Positions 48,326 to 61,150 of a stretch of 64,000 nt of DNA are shown one piece after another. Positions within the stretch are counted from its first letter, which is position 1, and each line of letters starts with the position of its first letter. A program made the translations under genes and the position numbers. Below the pieces are notes generated by a model. The model did not search any database. It worked only from the letters and a program-made list of their open reading frames with translations, and was not told where the DNA came from. The stretch comes from Guillardia theta CCMP2712 (lineage: Eukaryota > Protista > Cryptophyta). Where the stretch lies: NCBI RefSeq assembly GCF_000315625.1, contig NW_005434636.1, positions 393,298-457,297 of the forward strand. Direction: 5' to 3'.

Positions 48326-48663
48326 ACTGGACAAAAAACGCAGTCACAAGACTTGTTGTTTAGCTTTGTGCACATCACATCTGGACTCATGAAAAATGAT
48401 CAAGATGCCCACGATGCCTGATACTATTTGCTGTTGGCCTTTAATCTCAAAAGTAACAGCATCACACAAGTACCGATACACAACTGAAACAACGATAGCT
48501 CAGCGTGGATAAAATGGGTCGATATTTTCTGCAATCTGACTAGCACTTGTTCAGCAACCTGCGAATGAGTGATCTTGGTCCTTCATCTCCGCTAGGCTCC
48601 AAACGATGATGTCAGATCCAGCCGTGACTCAGATACACTTAGAGAGCAGCGAGAGCGTCTAGC

Positions 48664-50607
48664 TTAGCCTTGGGTCTCCTTCTTCTTGTCTTCTGGGAAC
48701 TTAAGGTCGTTGATGATGCCGACTCCGATCGTGTTGCCTTGGTCGCGAAGCATAAACCTTCCCATCTGCGAAAAGTCCTTGTATCGCTCAACACAGACGC
48801 TACGATGCATCTTGACTCGAACAATAACCGAGTCTCCTTGCTTGCAGAACTTGGGATCCTTCTGCTTGATCTGGCGGGTCTTCTTGTCCAAGATCCCAAT
48901 CAACTTGTAGAAAGTGCATTCTTCGATCGCAGAATGGATGTGAAGAACGCAAGAGTATCCTGCGCAGATAATGGTGGGGTAGTCAAGGATCTGGACGGTA
49001 GCATCGAACCAACGGCAAGGACGGCACATGTTCTCCGGACGGCAAATCACAAACCCAAGACGGAGAGATTCTTCTTCAACTCCCTTGAGCTTCATCTTGA
49101 TGTTATCGCCAGGCAAAGCTTCACTGAGCTCGATCGAGCCATCCTTGTGGTCAACGAAAATCTCTTCTACACTCACACTCGTCTTGTTAGGAAGAACAAC
49201 GAGGTTCTCACCCTTGCGGATGGTTCCGGCTTCCAGTTTGCCCATCACACAAGTTCCCATCTCCTTGTACTTATCTGCGATGGGAAATCTAAGAGGCAAG
49301 TCAAAGAATCTCTGAGCCGGTTGGAGCTGGTCCAGAAATTCGAGGAGCGAAGGCCCGTTGTACCAGGGGCAAATCTTAGTGTCAACTCTGGTCTTCAAGT
49401 TGGCACCCGTGAATCCAGAGACGGGCATGAAGAAGACATCGGTTTTGGTGTTGAAACCAGTCTGCTTCAGGAAAGGCTCCAAGATGTCACAAACTTCCTT
49501 GTATCGAGCTTCATCCCAAATTCCGCCCTCCAGACAGACCGAAGGATCGTCCATCTTGTTAATGGCGACAATCAAGGTTTTGACTCCAGCAGTCTTGGCA
49601 AGCACAGCATGCTCACGAGATTGGCCACCACGGTCAAAACCTGCTTCGAACTCTCCTTTTCTGACAGAGATCACGAGAACAGCAACATCCGCTTGAGCTG
49701 CACCTCCGATCATGTGAGGAACGAAGTTCTTGTGACCAGGCGCATCGAGGATTGTGTAATTCTTCGCTTCAGTTTCAAACGCTCCTCTGCCACACTCTTG
49801 AGTCTTTCCTTTTGCACGCTCCTCATCAGTTGTGTCCATACACCACGCAAATTTCCAGCTCTCTCTGTGTTTGGCCTTGGCTTCCCTTTCATACTTTTCC
49901 ATTGTTCGCTCATCAACTTGTCCGGAAAGATACATGATATGGCCACTGATGGTCGACTTGCCAGCGTCGACGTGTCCCACAAAGACAATGTTCAAATGGC
50001 GTTTCAGAGTTTTGCCTTGGACATGCGGTCTTTCTTGCGTTTTCCCTTCAATGATCTCTTCCTCCTCATCCTGTATGGCGGGTGGTCAACCCAGAAACAC
50101 AAGGAACAACAAATGGAGAGATTCACCTCTTCCAGGAGACCCTCAGCTTTCATCTTGGCAAGCTCAGCCTTCAATTCTTCGTCGTTGATCTTGAGAAAAT
50201 CAGGCTACAATGCGTCATGTTTGTATTGCACCTTCAATTCAGACGTTGACTTAGTAGCACTGTCGACTGGATCTGTCTTCTCCTGCAGTCTAGTGAACGA
50301 CGATATCCATGCCAAGGGAAGTTTTAGTTACTTTAGGTGGCTCTGGGGCCTCTGGAGCAGCAGTTTTGACATCAACATTTGCTTCCTCTTCCCAAGATTC
50401 AGAAGCCTCTTCTGCAGGCTGTAACAGGACTTCAACACTTTTGGCAAACCTCTAGGTAGCAAATAAACCTTCTCGGTTGCGGCGGATGGAGCCACTTGAC
50501 CCGGAACAAACACGAACGCATTGGGGTTGAAGGAACCGGCCTGGATGCAGCATGTCACTGTTGAATGTTTGCGAAAGATGCAATTTTACCGAGGGATTCA
50601 AAGGCAT
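48664..50607 (-). CDS. SUP35: Eukaryotic peptide chain release factor 3 (GTPase)
   Basis: GHVDAGKST, DAPGHKNFVP, INKMDD, GRFMLRDQG and eRF3-typical ERAKGKT. N-terminal overlapping PAM2 motifs MPLNPS/AGSFNPNAFVFVPG assembled across an intron. Confidence 0.95.
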
Positions 50608-51239
50608 TTCACTCAAGACAGATTTCAAGCACACGGGTCAGTAAGTAAGCTCTGATACAGTTTCAAGTGTCCTGAGTATAAGTGTCATACTTTGAACTCA
50701 TCGAAACTTGTTCAGTCGTTTAAAACACATAATGTTAAAGAAGCATACATTGTGTGTGAAATATTTAGGGTCTTGAGGAATCACAACTCTACGGATAGAA
50801 GAAATCACTTTGTGGACGAACGCGTTGGGATAAACATCAAGAATGAGAAGAAGACAAAAAGACAGAGGAATGCTTGATCAAGCCTCGCTCAGGTAATCTG
50901 ATCCTATGCGGAGCCATCTTACAGGGATAACCCCACTTGATATACCCTTCAGCTTCGTCAAAGAGTGACGGGCTCGTAAAGCGAAGGATTGGATAAACAG
51001 GTAAGGATTGACTGGAACATATCTATGTTCTTCTGCACATCACCATGCGCATCTTCCTGTTCCTGAGCTTTACCTTCTGATATTCTTCTTTGACTTGTTC
51101 CATTCCCTCTGTTCCACCATTCTCTCCAGGCCCCATGGCCTTCTTTCCTTATGTTGCCCCCATACTCCTTTGTCTCCTGTCTCTCCTGTCTCTCCTGCTC
51201 TCCTGTCCCTCCTCATCCTGCTCATTCTCTTGCTCCTGA

Positions 51240-51246
51240 TCGTGCA

Positions 51247-51280
<34 letters not shown>

Positions 51281-51308
51281 ATCGTGCTCCTGCTCCTGCT
51301 CCTGATCG

Positions 51309-51349
<41 letters not shown>

Positions 51350-51350
51350 T
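51240..51350. repeat. (CTCCTG)n hexamer microsatellite with ATCGTG interruptions
   Basis: Directly visible; source of the spurious poly-L, AP and RS ORFs. Confidence 0.9.
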
Positions 51351-52239
51351 TCATCCTGTCCCGCTCTTCATCCTGTCCCTCTTGTAGCGTGAGGGATTTT
51401 CTCCATCGCGCAGGGAGTGCCACGTGCCCACGATTGGAGGGGTGGGTAGGTAATTTGATCGGGGTGATGGTTCTAAAAATGATGGGTAGGGGTACAATCA
51501 TTGTGTATGAAATGAACCAGGGGTGGTATCCTAGTGACCCTGAACCCCTGGTGAGACACTTGAGCAATATGGGGTAAGAATGGGAATCCTTGAGAAGTAC
51601 CCCCCATTGCTTCACACTTGATCTAATGACGGGTCATGTTGTCAGGGTAGATTGAAGTTGGATCAGGGTGGTACAGGAAGGTTTGCATTCAGGGGTGGGG
51701 TATCAATGTTCCAGGGTAGGTACAATCAAGGGAGGTCGGGGGGTAGGGGTTAAAAAGACTTTTGCGTCAGGAATAGGAGGAAAAAGTCCCTCCATCAATT
51801 TCAACAGGAGTTTTACTTTTCAAATTTTGTCTAAAATTTCAAAAGTAGCGCAGATCATTTAAGGGGTTAACTTGTGTGACCTTGCCTCAGATTCTTTGAA
51901 ACGTATGTTCTTTATTTCAGAACTTATCAAGTATAATATTCAAAAATTACTGTATATTTCAATTAAAGTCTGCCTGGGGCAGCAAAGTGGTAATTACTGA
52001 TAATTGTGGATGGAGGAAACGAAATGTTTACTTATTAATTAGAGGCTGCTGGACCGGGTGATCTAGGTGGAAGACGATGTGCCCGCCATGGCGAGATGTG
52101 CGGGCGCGCGACAGTCAGGAAACTTCAGCTGATGTCCTCATGAGGGTTGAGATGGTTGATCATTCCAAGGATTCCATTGCCCCCCTGTAGGAAGAAGCCA
52201 AGAATACCGGAGTTGGCTAGAAGTAGATGGATGGAGGTT

Positions 52240-54870
52240 GGGCAAGAATGAGACCGGTAGGGGAAGTTGGTTCCTGTGTGAAGCAGCGGCTCCTGCTGCC
52301 TTCCTCGACCTCAACGATATGAACTCTCCTCTTGAGCTCATCGTTTGCTTAGATTCTGTCCTCTTTCAATCATTGTCATTGGTCTCAAGATCGCTGAGAA
52401 CAAAGTTTGAAATTGCTGTACTGCAGGTGCAAGGAGCGCACCGCATGCCCGAGACTATTGTGCAAGCCTGGACGAGGAGCTCGTAGCGCACGATGAGAGC
52501 ATGAGGGAGGCAGGGACTAGCAAAGTTTGCTGTTGATCAAACACCAGAGCATCGGTGTGTGAGAATCAGGGAGGGTAGAGTACCATTCAGCAATCTAGGG
52601 ATCTTGAGGGTGAGGAGTCTCCATTATTTCACGAGTGAGAGGATCGATCTGGAGTGCAGCTTCAAGTGCAAGATTCACCAAGAGAATCCGGCGGAAGATT
52701 GGAAGGACAGATGTCGGTTAAGGAGGAGGATGGTGGAGGTGACCCTGGGGGGCGAAAATCGTTGGGGGACGATGCGAAGACGGAGGAAATCACGGGTGAT
52801 GCCTCTGAGCAAGCTGTTCCAGCCAAGACGAATGATGCAAGTGAGGCGATGAACAAAGATGCGGTGACAGAAGGAGCAAACGGAGGGCAAGAAAGGGAGG
52901 ATGGTGTTGAAGCAAGGGGTGGGGAAATCGACAACAGTGGATCGGATTCGAAAGCAGTGGGGCTTGTAAACCATGGGGGAGGAGATGAAGATGAGTTGCA
53001 GAAGCAAGCTCAGGAATCTGAACAAGAGAAAGAGGACGGAGCTGATCAGAGCAGACAGGCAGGTGACGTTCAAGGTGAAGGTGCCCATGCAGAGCCTGAA
53101 CAGCGTCAAGCTAAACATGGAGCAAGCAAGCAAGAGGAAGAGATGAAAGGTGGAGCCAGGCAAACAGGTCAAGAAGAGAAAGCTGCAAAAGCCTTTGAGC
53201 AAGAGGGAAGCGGATCCAAGCAATCGCTGGATCGAAACCTTGAGGACCATTCTGCAGTAGAAAACCACTCGAAAGCCGAAGACATCAATAGTAGTGGCAA
53301 CCAGGAGAAACAAGCAAAGGAAGCAATACTGGAGCAGACAGCCAAAGATGGGCAACCAGAGCAACAATTTGAGTCTAGAATTGCTATTCAAGCAGGAGGG
53401 GAGACAGAAATGAATGGAGAGGTGGGAGGGAAACAGAAAGAAGTGAATGGAGAAGTCGGGAAACCAACCGAGGCAGCCGGACTGGATGGCAGGAGAGGAG
53501 AGAAGGGCGAGGACGAAAGTGGAATGCAACCAGGGGGAGGGGAAGAGGAGCAGGATAATGGAGACAAAGGCAACGTCGGGGTTACGAAGCAGGAAAAGGA
53601 AGCTGAAGGAGAGGGGAGCAGCCAGCATGGGGACTGTGTGGCAAGGACGCAGGCTGCTGCAGCTGCTGGGACAGAAAAGCAGCTGGAGACAGCTGGGGCT
53701 GGGGCAGNNNNNNNNNNNNNNNNNNNNNNNNNNNNNNNNNNNNNNNNNNNNNNNNNNNNNNNNNNNNNNNNNNNNNNNNNNNNNNNNNNNNNNNNNNNNN
53801 NNNNNNNNNNNNNNNNNNNNNNNNNNNNNNNNNNNNNNNNNNNNNNNNNNNNNNNNNNNNNNNNNNNNNNNNNNNNNNNNNNNNNNNNNNNNNNNNNNNN
53901 NNNNNNNNNNNNNNNNNNNNNNNNNNNNNNNNNNNNNNNNNNNNNNNNNNNNNNNNNNNNNNNNNNNNNNNNNNNNNNNNNNNNNNNNNNNNNNNNNNNN
54001 NNNNNNNNNNNNNNNNNNNNNNNNNNNNNNNNNNNNNNNNNNNNNNNNNNNNNNNNNNNNNNNNNNNNNNNNNNNNNNNNNNNNNNNNNNNNNNNNNNNN
54101 NNNNNNNNNNNNNNNNNNNNNNNNNNNNNNNNNNNNNNNNNNNNNNNNNNNNNNNNNNNNNNNNNNNNNNNNNNNNNNNNNNNNNNNNNNNNNNNNNNNN
54201 NNNNNNNNNNNNNNNNNNNNNNNNNNNNNNNNNNNNNNNNNNNNNNNNNNNNNNNNNNNNNNNNNNNNNNNNNNNNNNNNNNNNNNNNNNNNNNNNNNNN
54301 NNNNNNNNNNNNNNNNNNNNNNNNNNNNNNNNNNNNNNNNNNNNNNNNNNNNNNNNNNNNNNNNNNNNNNNNNNNNNNNNNNNNNNNNNNNNNNNNNNNN
54401 NNNNNNNNNNNNNNNNNNNNNNNNNNNNNNNNNNNGCACACCGCGGCCTTGAACGCTGTACTTGATACTCCGGAGCAGACAGCAGCCGTTACTGGGGTTG
54501 AGGGTTCGAAGTCTGGGGAACTGGTAGAGAAGCAGGAGGGGGAGGCAGCCGCTGCTGGGGCAGCCGGAACAGAAGCGCTGTCTGCCGCTGCTGCTGCTGC
54601 TTCTGCGACTGGGCCGGAGAAGCAGGAGGAGGTAAAAGCCACAGAGGAAGCAGGCAAGGCGGAGCAGACAGCAGCCGGTACTGGGTCAGGAAATGCAGGG
54701 TCGAAGTCCGAGGGAGGGGCAGATAAGCAGGAGGGGGAGGCGGCCGCTACTGGTACGGGAAGGAAGGAGGTGGGAGATGTGGCAAGAAGTCAGCATTCTC
54801 TGCCTGTAGGAGAGACAGTCATGCATGGAGGGGGGGAGGCGGCCGCTACTGGGGCAGCCGGAACAGAAGC

Positions 54871-54901
<31 letters not shown>

Positions 54902-57080
54902 GAAGTAGGGAAGCAGGAGGAGGTAAAAGCCCCAGAGGAAGCAGGCAAGGCGGAGCAGACAGCAGCCGTTACTGGGGTTGAGGGTTCGAAGTCTGGGGAA
55001 CTGGTAGAGAAGCAGGAGGGGGAGGCAGCCGCTGCTGGGGCAGCCGGAACGGAAGCGCTGTCTGCCGCTGCTGCTGCTGCTGCTTCTGCGACTGGGCCGG
55101 AGAAGCAGGAGGAGGTAAAAGCCCCAGAGGAAGCAGGCAAGGCGGAGCAGACAGCAGCCGGTACTGGGTCAGGGAACCATGAAGAGGCAGTTGGGGCAGG
55201 GAATGCAGGGTCGAAGTCCGAGGGAGGGGCAGATAAGCAGGAGGGGGAGGCGGCCGCTACTGGTACGGGAAGGAAGGAGGAGGACAAAGTCTCAGGAAGC
55301 GTGTTGAAAACGAACAAGGATTCTGGTTCAGGAACACAGTCAGCTCCTTCTCCTTCGTCTTCTACTTCTACTTCTACTTCTACTTCTACTGCTCCTGCTG
55401 CTCCTGCTGCTGCTCCTGCTGTTGCTGCTGCTGCTGCTGCGACTGAGGCAGAGAAGAAGGAGGTGCAGGCAGCAGGGAATGGGGAAAGCAAGCAGGAAGA
55501 AGCCTTGCCAGTACAACAGGATGAGATTGTGGGAAAGGCAGAGAAGCCTGACGGTGTGGCTGGAGTCGAGCAAGAAAAGCAGGAGGAGGCAGCTGTTGTG
55601 GGTGAGCAGGTCGGGGGAGAGAAAGATGGAGCAGCCACGGGGATGAAAGCGGCGGGAGAAGGGAAGGAGGAAGAGGCAGCTGCTGCAGGGATTGTGAAGG
55701 AGGACATCTCCTCGGGCGCGGTCGATGAGACAGGAGGAGGGAACGAGCAGGTTGGAGGTGATGTGGTAGCAGGAGGGAAGGGAGGGGAGCTTGTCTCAGG
55801 GGTTGACAAGGGAGGGGTTGAGGAAAGAGCGGAAGATCTGAGCGAGAGCCTCCGACAGGGCTGGATGTCTTCCATAGACTCGCTGGATGAGTTTCATATC
55901 CAGGGATCGTTGCAGATGTTGCTGCTGCAAAAGCTCGGTTCCATCCTCCTCCTCCTGGTTGCCTTCGATCAACATCTGCAGCTGTCTTCCATCAGCGTGC
56001 AAGACCTGTCCCACCTCATCTCGCTGCTGGGGCTGCAGAAGGAGGAGGAGGAGGTGGAGCGGCTGTTCGATGATCTCAAGAGGGAGGAGGAAGGGGCAAC
56101 GGAGGGGGCCGCTGGTCTCCCTCCTCTTGACCTGCGCGACCTCACCGTCCTCCTCTCCAGCCCGATCCTCAAGCTCCAGTTGGCCGCTGCGAAGAGGATC
56201 TACGAGCTGATAGGAGGGCTGGCGCATCACGATCTCAGCATGCAGGAGAAGGCCGGGAAGCAAGCGAGGCTTATCCAGTACATTTCTCGCCTTTGCTTCG
56301 TGAGTCTCCTGCCCCGTCTCTCTCCTCATTTCAAAGTTCCAGCTGCTTCTCCCTTTCTTGCTCTCACTTGTACTGCTCTCTCTCCCCTTCCCTCCCCGCC
56401 TGCTCTGACTGTTTTTCTCTTTTGACATCTTCTCCTGCAGAGCTCGGAGCAGTCAGAAGCATGCTACATCAGCCTCCTCGTCCTCGCTGAGCTGACGCAT
56501 GCCAACCCGGCCAACTCTACGAGGCTTCTTGCAGTGCCGGGGCTGATGAGGAGAATCGTCCGCCTGCTCGACCCCAACCGCAGGGTCGGAGACCTCACCA
56601 TCCCCCGGACAGCTGCGAGAATCCTGTCAAACCTCCTCACGCAGTCGGGAGACAAGAAGACTTCCTCCTCTTCTTCCTCTCTCTCTTCCGACGCCTGGTC
56701 GGTGGTCCAAAGCATCGACCCTTCGGCTGTCCATCGCGCTCTTGTCATCCTGTCTTCTCCCTCGTCCAGGTCGCAGCCGCCCAAGAGCAGCTTGCAGGGG
56801 GGACAGAAGATCGGAAGGGGTGCTGACTCATCCTTCTCGTGGGAGGGAAGCAACTTGCAGCGAGACAGTCTGCCTCTCAAATCAACGGCAGGCTCGAGGG
56901 CGCGATGGCTGAGGCAGGAGAAGGTCTCAGCAAGGGCTGAGTTGGTCCGGTCGCCTAGACGCCAGGCACCTTTCCTCGGCAGCGGTCAGCGCATGCGAGC
57001 TCATACCTCAAGGAGATGATGGATGAAGAGACGGAAGATGGAAGGCGGGAAAGAAGCGGCAAGGAGGCGAAAGGGGGTAA
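52240..57080 (+). CDS. Large protein: acidic G/E/A-rich repeat region + EF-hand-like segment + armadillo-like repeats (boundaries approximate, spans gap)
   Basis: Long E/G/A-rich ORFs on both sides of the gap; ISVQDL..L...EEVERLFDDL; ARM-like LVLAELTHANPANSTRLLAVPGLMRRIVRLL..AARILSNL. Confidence 0.55.
53708..54435. other. Assembly gap (N run) within coding tandem repeat
   Basis: N run flanked by the repeat units. Confidence 0.99.
54472..55281 (+). repeat. Coding near-identical direct repeats (period ~480 nt, nested sub-units)
   Basis: ggagcagacagcagccgttactggggttgagggttcgaagtc... occurs at 54472 and 54952; peptide units EQTAAVTGVEGSKSGELVEKQEGEAAAAG repeat. Confidence 0.9.
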
Positions 57081-57470
57081 CAAAGGAGAGTAAGGAGAGG
57101 GAAGAAAGAATCTGTAGATGAAGTCATATGAGGGGAGAAGGAGGGGGGCGGCGGGAGCAGAGGTAGGAAAACGGACAACGAGGAGGGGGTGCAGCGCTGT
57201 GAGAGGGGAGGGCCCGGCCAATCTCCTCGGGAGTTGCAGAAACATTTATCAAGAAGTAAATGGTTGATCGAAGACGCAAAATACTATCAGATATTTAACA
57301 GTTCACCAGGACAGCATCCAAGAACAAACTCCTCTCAACATGCAGCGAGCAGCAGGTCTCAGTGCGCGAGCCCCGACAACATTGACGAGGCTGGGATGCC
57401 TCCAGCCCTTCCTCCATCCTTCAAAAACAGATCTCCGAGTCTCGAGGGTCCACGAGCCTCTGCAAGGCTC

Positions 57471-59844
57471 TTAGAAGCACTTGGCGGCAGAGTCGTGCAC
57501 GTCCACAGCTCTTCCGGACTGCCAGGTACGTTCAGAGAGGTCAAACTGCGTTGCTCCTTCTTCTCACCTGATCCAACATGGAGCCTGCAGCTGCTGCCTG
57601 CTTCCACGCCTCGTCCCACTCCACGGCCTTGGCAGTCGAGCAAGCGACTGAGGGTCCACCTGTGAATAGAGGAAGGAGTCAGGGTTGCAGGATGACGAGC
57701 AGGAGGAGGAGGGAGACAAGGGAGGTCAGGGTGGAACCTGGCACAGTCTTGATGCAAGTCTCGTCAGGATAGAAGCTCTCGAAGATGCTCCTGGCGAAGT
57801 AGGCCTCCTTCGTTCCCGGGGTGTTGTAGGGGAACCTGTGCTCTCTAAACGCGAACATGGTGTCATCCACCACTCGATTGGCATGCGCCTTGAGGCCGTC
57901 GATCCAGTCGTAACCAACCCCGTCCGAGAACTGCTCTTTCTGCCTGAAGAGGACCTCCTTGGGGAGGTAGATCTCTCCCTTGGAATCGGGCTTGTTGAAC
58001 GCCTCCCTCATCACCCACTTTTCGATAAACTGCTCCTTTTCTCCCTTCTTGATCATTTTGAACGACGCGTCCAAGTTCATCACCACGTCCAGAAAGTCCT
58101 TGTCCAAGAACGGGACTCGAGCCTCCAGCCCCCACGCCATGGTCGCCTTGTTCGCCCTCAAGCAGTCGTACAGGTACAAACCCTGGAGCTTGCGCACACA
58201 CTCCTCATGGAATTCCTGTGCGTTGGGAGCCTTGTGGAAGTAAAGATAACCTCCGAGCTCCTCGTCTGCTCCCTCCCCTGACAAGACCATCTTCACACCC
58301 ATGGCCTTGATCTTGCGAGCAAGGATGAACATGGGGGTACCAGCGCGGATGGTGGTGACATCGTAAGTCTCGAGATGGTAGATCACATCCTGCACAGCAT
58401 CGATACCCTCTTGCACGGTGAAGTGAAACTCGTGGTGCTCGGTGCCGAGCATGTCAGCCACCTTGCGGGCATTGAAGAGGTCAGGGGAACCCTTCAACCC
58501 GATCGAGAAGGTGGCAGGCCGAGGCTTTCCTGCCAGGTCGCACATCTTCACAACGCAAGAGGCAACGAGCGAGGAGTCGAGGCCGCCGGAGAGGAGAACG
58601 CCATAGGGAACGTCGGTCATGAGCCTCTTGGAGATCGCTTCGACGAAGGTGGTGCGGATGAGGTCCAAGTTCAACTTCTGTTGGGCAGCCTCGAATCCAA
58701 ACCACTTGGGGTTGTAGTACCGGACAAGCTGCTTCGTCTTGTGCGACCAGTAGTGTCCGGGGGGGAACTGCTCAATCTTCTTGCACTCGGTGACAAGGCA
58801 CTTCATCTCTGAGGCGAACCACACGGACCCATCAGCTCCCCAGCCCATGTACATGGAGTCAACTCCCATGGGGTCCCTGGCAGCGTAGAACTCGCCCTTG
58901 TCTCCGGCAATGGCGAAGGCAAAGTCTCCATCCAACAGGGAGGCAACCTAGTGGGTGTCAGAGTCGCGACGGCACATCCCCTCACCTCAAATCACCTCAT
59001 CGCCTCTCTCCTTGTAAAGATGAACGACAACCTCACAGTCAGACTTCGTTCTGAAGTCAGTCTTGTCCTTCAACAGGGGCTTCAGCTTCTCGTGGTTGTA
59101 GATTTCTCCGTTGATCGCCAGCGCCGCGGACCTATCGTGGGAGAACAGGGGCTGGTTTCCTGACAGCGTGTGCAGACGTTGGTGGTCACCTACCCTTGCC
59201 TCCTTCCTCTCCTGTAGATCCTGTTTTCAGAGCCACCCAAAACCATGCAAGAATCAAAAACTATCACAGAGAGGAAGGGTTCTACTCCGAGACTACTACT
59301 ACTGCTACGTTATCGACTTTACCATCCAGCTTTCCTTCTCTGCCTTGTCGTTCATACCTGTGGATCGTCCATCGCTCCAACAATAGCCAGACGCTCATGG
59401 CCGAGAGCAGATATTCTTGATCCCGGCACATCTTTCTGTGCAAAGATCCGGTTCATACCATCACACTGCAGCATCAAAATACCAACCTCAAGAGGGATCA
59501 TGTGGATTCCAGAGCCGTCAGGTCCTCTGTGGCGGATCGTACGGGAAAGCTGAAGAATCTTCATCCTCAAAGTGTTGTGATCCAAGGTAGAACTAGAGGA
59601 CAAGAAAGCTGTCATGGGCAAACCATCAAACAGCAGGATTCATACCCGTACACCCCCAAGAACCCGCAACCTCCCTTGAGATGCATCGCAGGCGTGCACT
59701 GGATGCCGCTTCGAAGCTGTAAGTCGAGCATTCAGCAAACAGAAAGAAGAGACTTTTGCTCACTACCGGTGACGCCCATCTGTCCGATATGGACACGGAT
59801 GGCGAGGCCAAGCTAACCACCAACAAGGCCACAATAGCCCTCAT
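57471..59844 (-). CDS. asnB: Glutamine-dependent asparagine synthetase B with N-terminal signal peptide/leader
   Basis: CGFLGVYG..LSRTIRHRGPDGSG, LGHERLAIV, NGEIYNH, SDCEV, LLSGGLDSSL, SGEGADE..GGYLYFH, GLEARVPFLD, RQKEQFSDGVG, GGPSVACST; stop at 57471. Confidence 0.95.
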
Positions 59845-60379
59845 CTGTCGCAAGCAACATGTCAAGATGGCAAGCAAGACCAACAAAGAGCAGCAGCTTC
59901 ATTTTGTACATCTGTCATGCCACAGAAGGAAGCTTTGCTAAGGATCAAAACAGAGTGGATTGACAGAGGAACAGCTGAGTTCGGTTCTTCGTATGTTCTC
60001 CTTCGCAGCCCCGATCGTGTGATTGATGGATAACGAGGAGATGTCATGGTATCCTCAAAGGCGCCCAATGCTCTCGAAATTTACGAAAAATACTAATGCG
60101 TGTGGCACACATACAAATTCCTGCTCACAAGGATTGCAACTAACGGTCGTGTTCAAGACAGATACTATTACAAGAAAACCGTTGTTACTTCTTCACGATG
60201 GCAAACAACATTATCTCTTATGACTTGCAGCCCATGACTTCTTCCCTGCTTGCTTTGGGAGTGTAGATGCTCCTGCCCTCAACCTGACCTGTCTTCCTTC
60301 CTGCCTCTCCCTTCCTTCCCTTCATTTTCTTCCTTCGCCATCACGCGGCCGGGCATCAAAAAAAAAGCCTGCAGACCCC

Positions 60380-61010
60380 AGGGATGGGGGTAGGTGTCGT
60401 GGGTGGGTACTCAGTTTCAGAAGGGGTGGGGGTGGGGCAAGTGATTACTTGATTCTTGGTGGGTGGTTTCGGTGACAATCTGAAGGTGGGGTGGTATTGA
60501 AACCTGGGGGTAGGGTGATGCGAAAAAAGGGTGGGGTCCCACAGGCACTATCCTACAGGGTTGGGGGTTGGTCGGGGTAATTTGGGGGGCATGTGATGGT
60601 AGCTCCAATGACCCCTACTTGACAGTCAGTTTGTGCTACAAAGGTAGGGGTAGGTTATCATCCCACCCCCTTTCCCCCAGTAACTTCTGTTCCCCGAGTT
60701 GAAATTGGCTCAGCCTCACAACCCTACCCCCTCCACCCCAAATTAACCCCTACCGTAATCATTTCGGACACCACCCGTAGTATATATTACTACCCCTCCT
60801 GATAAACACGGAAGGTACACTCGCACCCCTTCTTCGGAGGTTCTTTTGTCTATTTTAATACCACACTGACTCACTAGTACCCACCCCCCAGCATTATCTA
60901 CCCTTTCCATACTGGACCCCCCACCCCTATTCGAGATCTACGACCCCTTCAATCGTTTTATGTATCAAATCATCCCCCTCATACACTACAATCATCCCCC
61001 TCATTCCCAG
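60380..61010. promoter_or_regulatory. GGGGTA/TACCCC motif-dense element in the divergent asnB-PUS7 spacer
   Basis: G-run-rich first half (ggggtagg, ggggtggggg) and C-run-rich second half (ctacccc, cacccc). Similar clusters occur at other 5' regions. Regulatory role inferred. Confidence 0.4.
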
Positions 61011-61104
61011 GCTCATCTACAACGCGAGCGACTACCTGAGAGGCTACTAGCAGCGAGGACTAGCGACAGCTTGGAACAACCGGTGCAACACGATAGAGGT
61101 ATAG

Positions 61105-61150
61105 CAGGAGGAGGAGGAGGAGGAGGAGGAGGAGGAGGAGGAGGAGGAGG
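61105..61150. repeat. (GGA)n microsatellite
   Basis: Directly visible. Confidence 0.9.

Noticed and set aside
48670-50424. 584-aa plus-strand ORF
   Set aside because: Antisense shadow of eRF3 with no motifs.
51008-51615. SR-protein-like, poly-L and poly-AP ORFs
   Set aside because: Translations of the (CTCCTG)n repeat; no RRM.
52675-55875. Long minus-strand ORFs over the repeat gene
   Set aside because: Antisense of low-complexity coding repeats, inflated by Ns.
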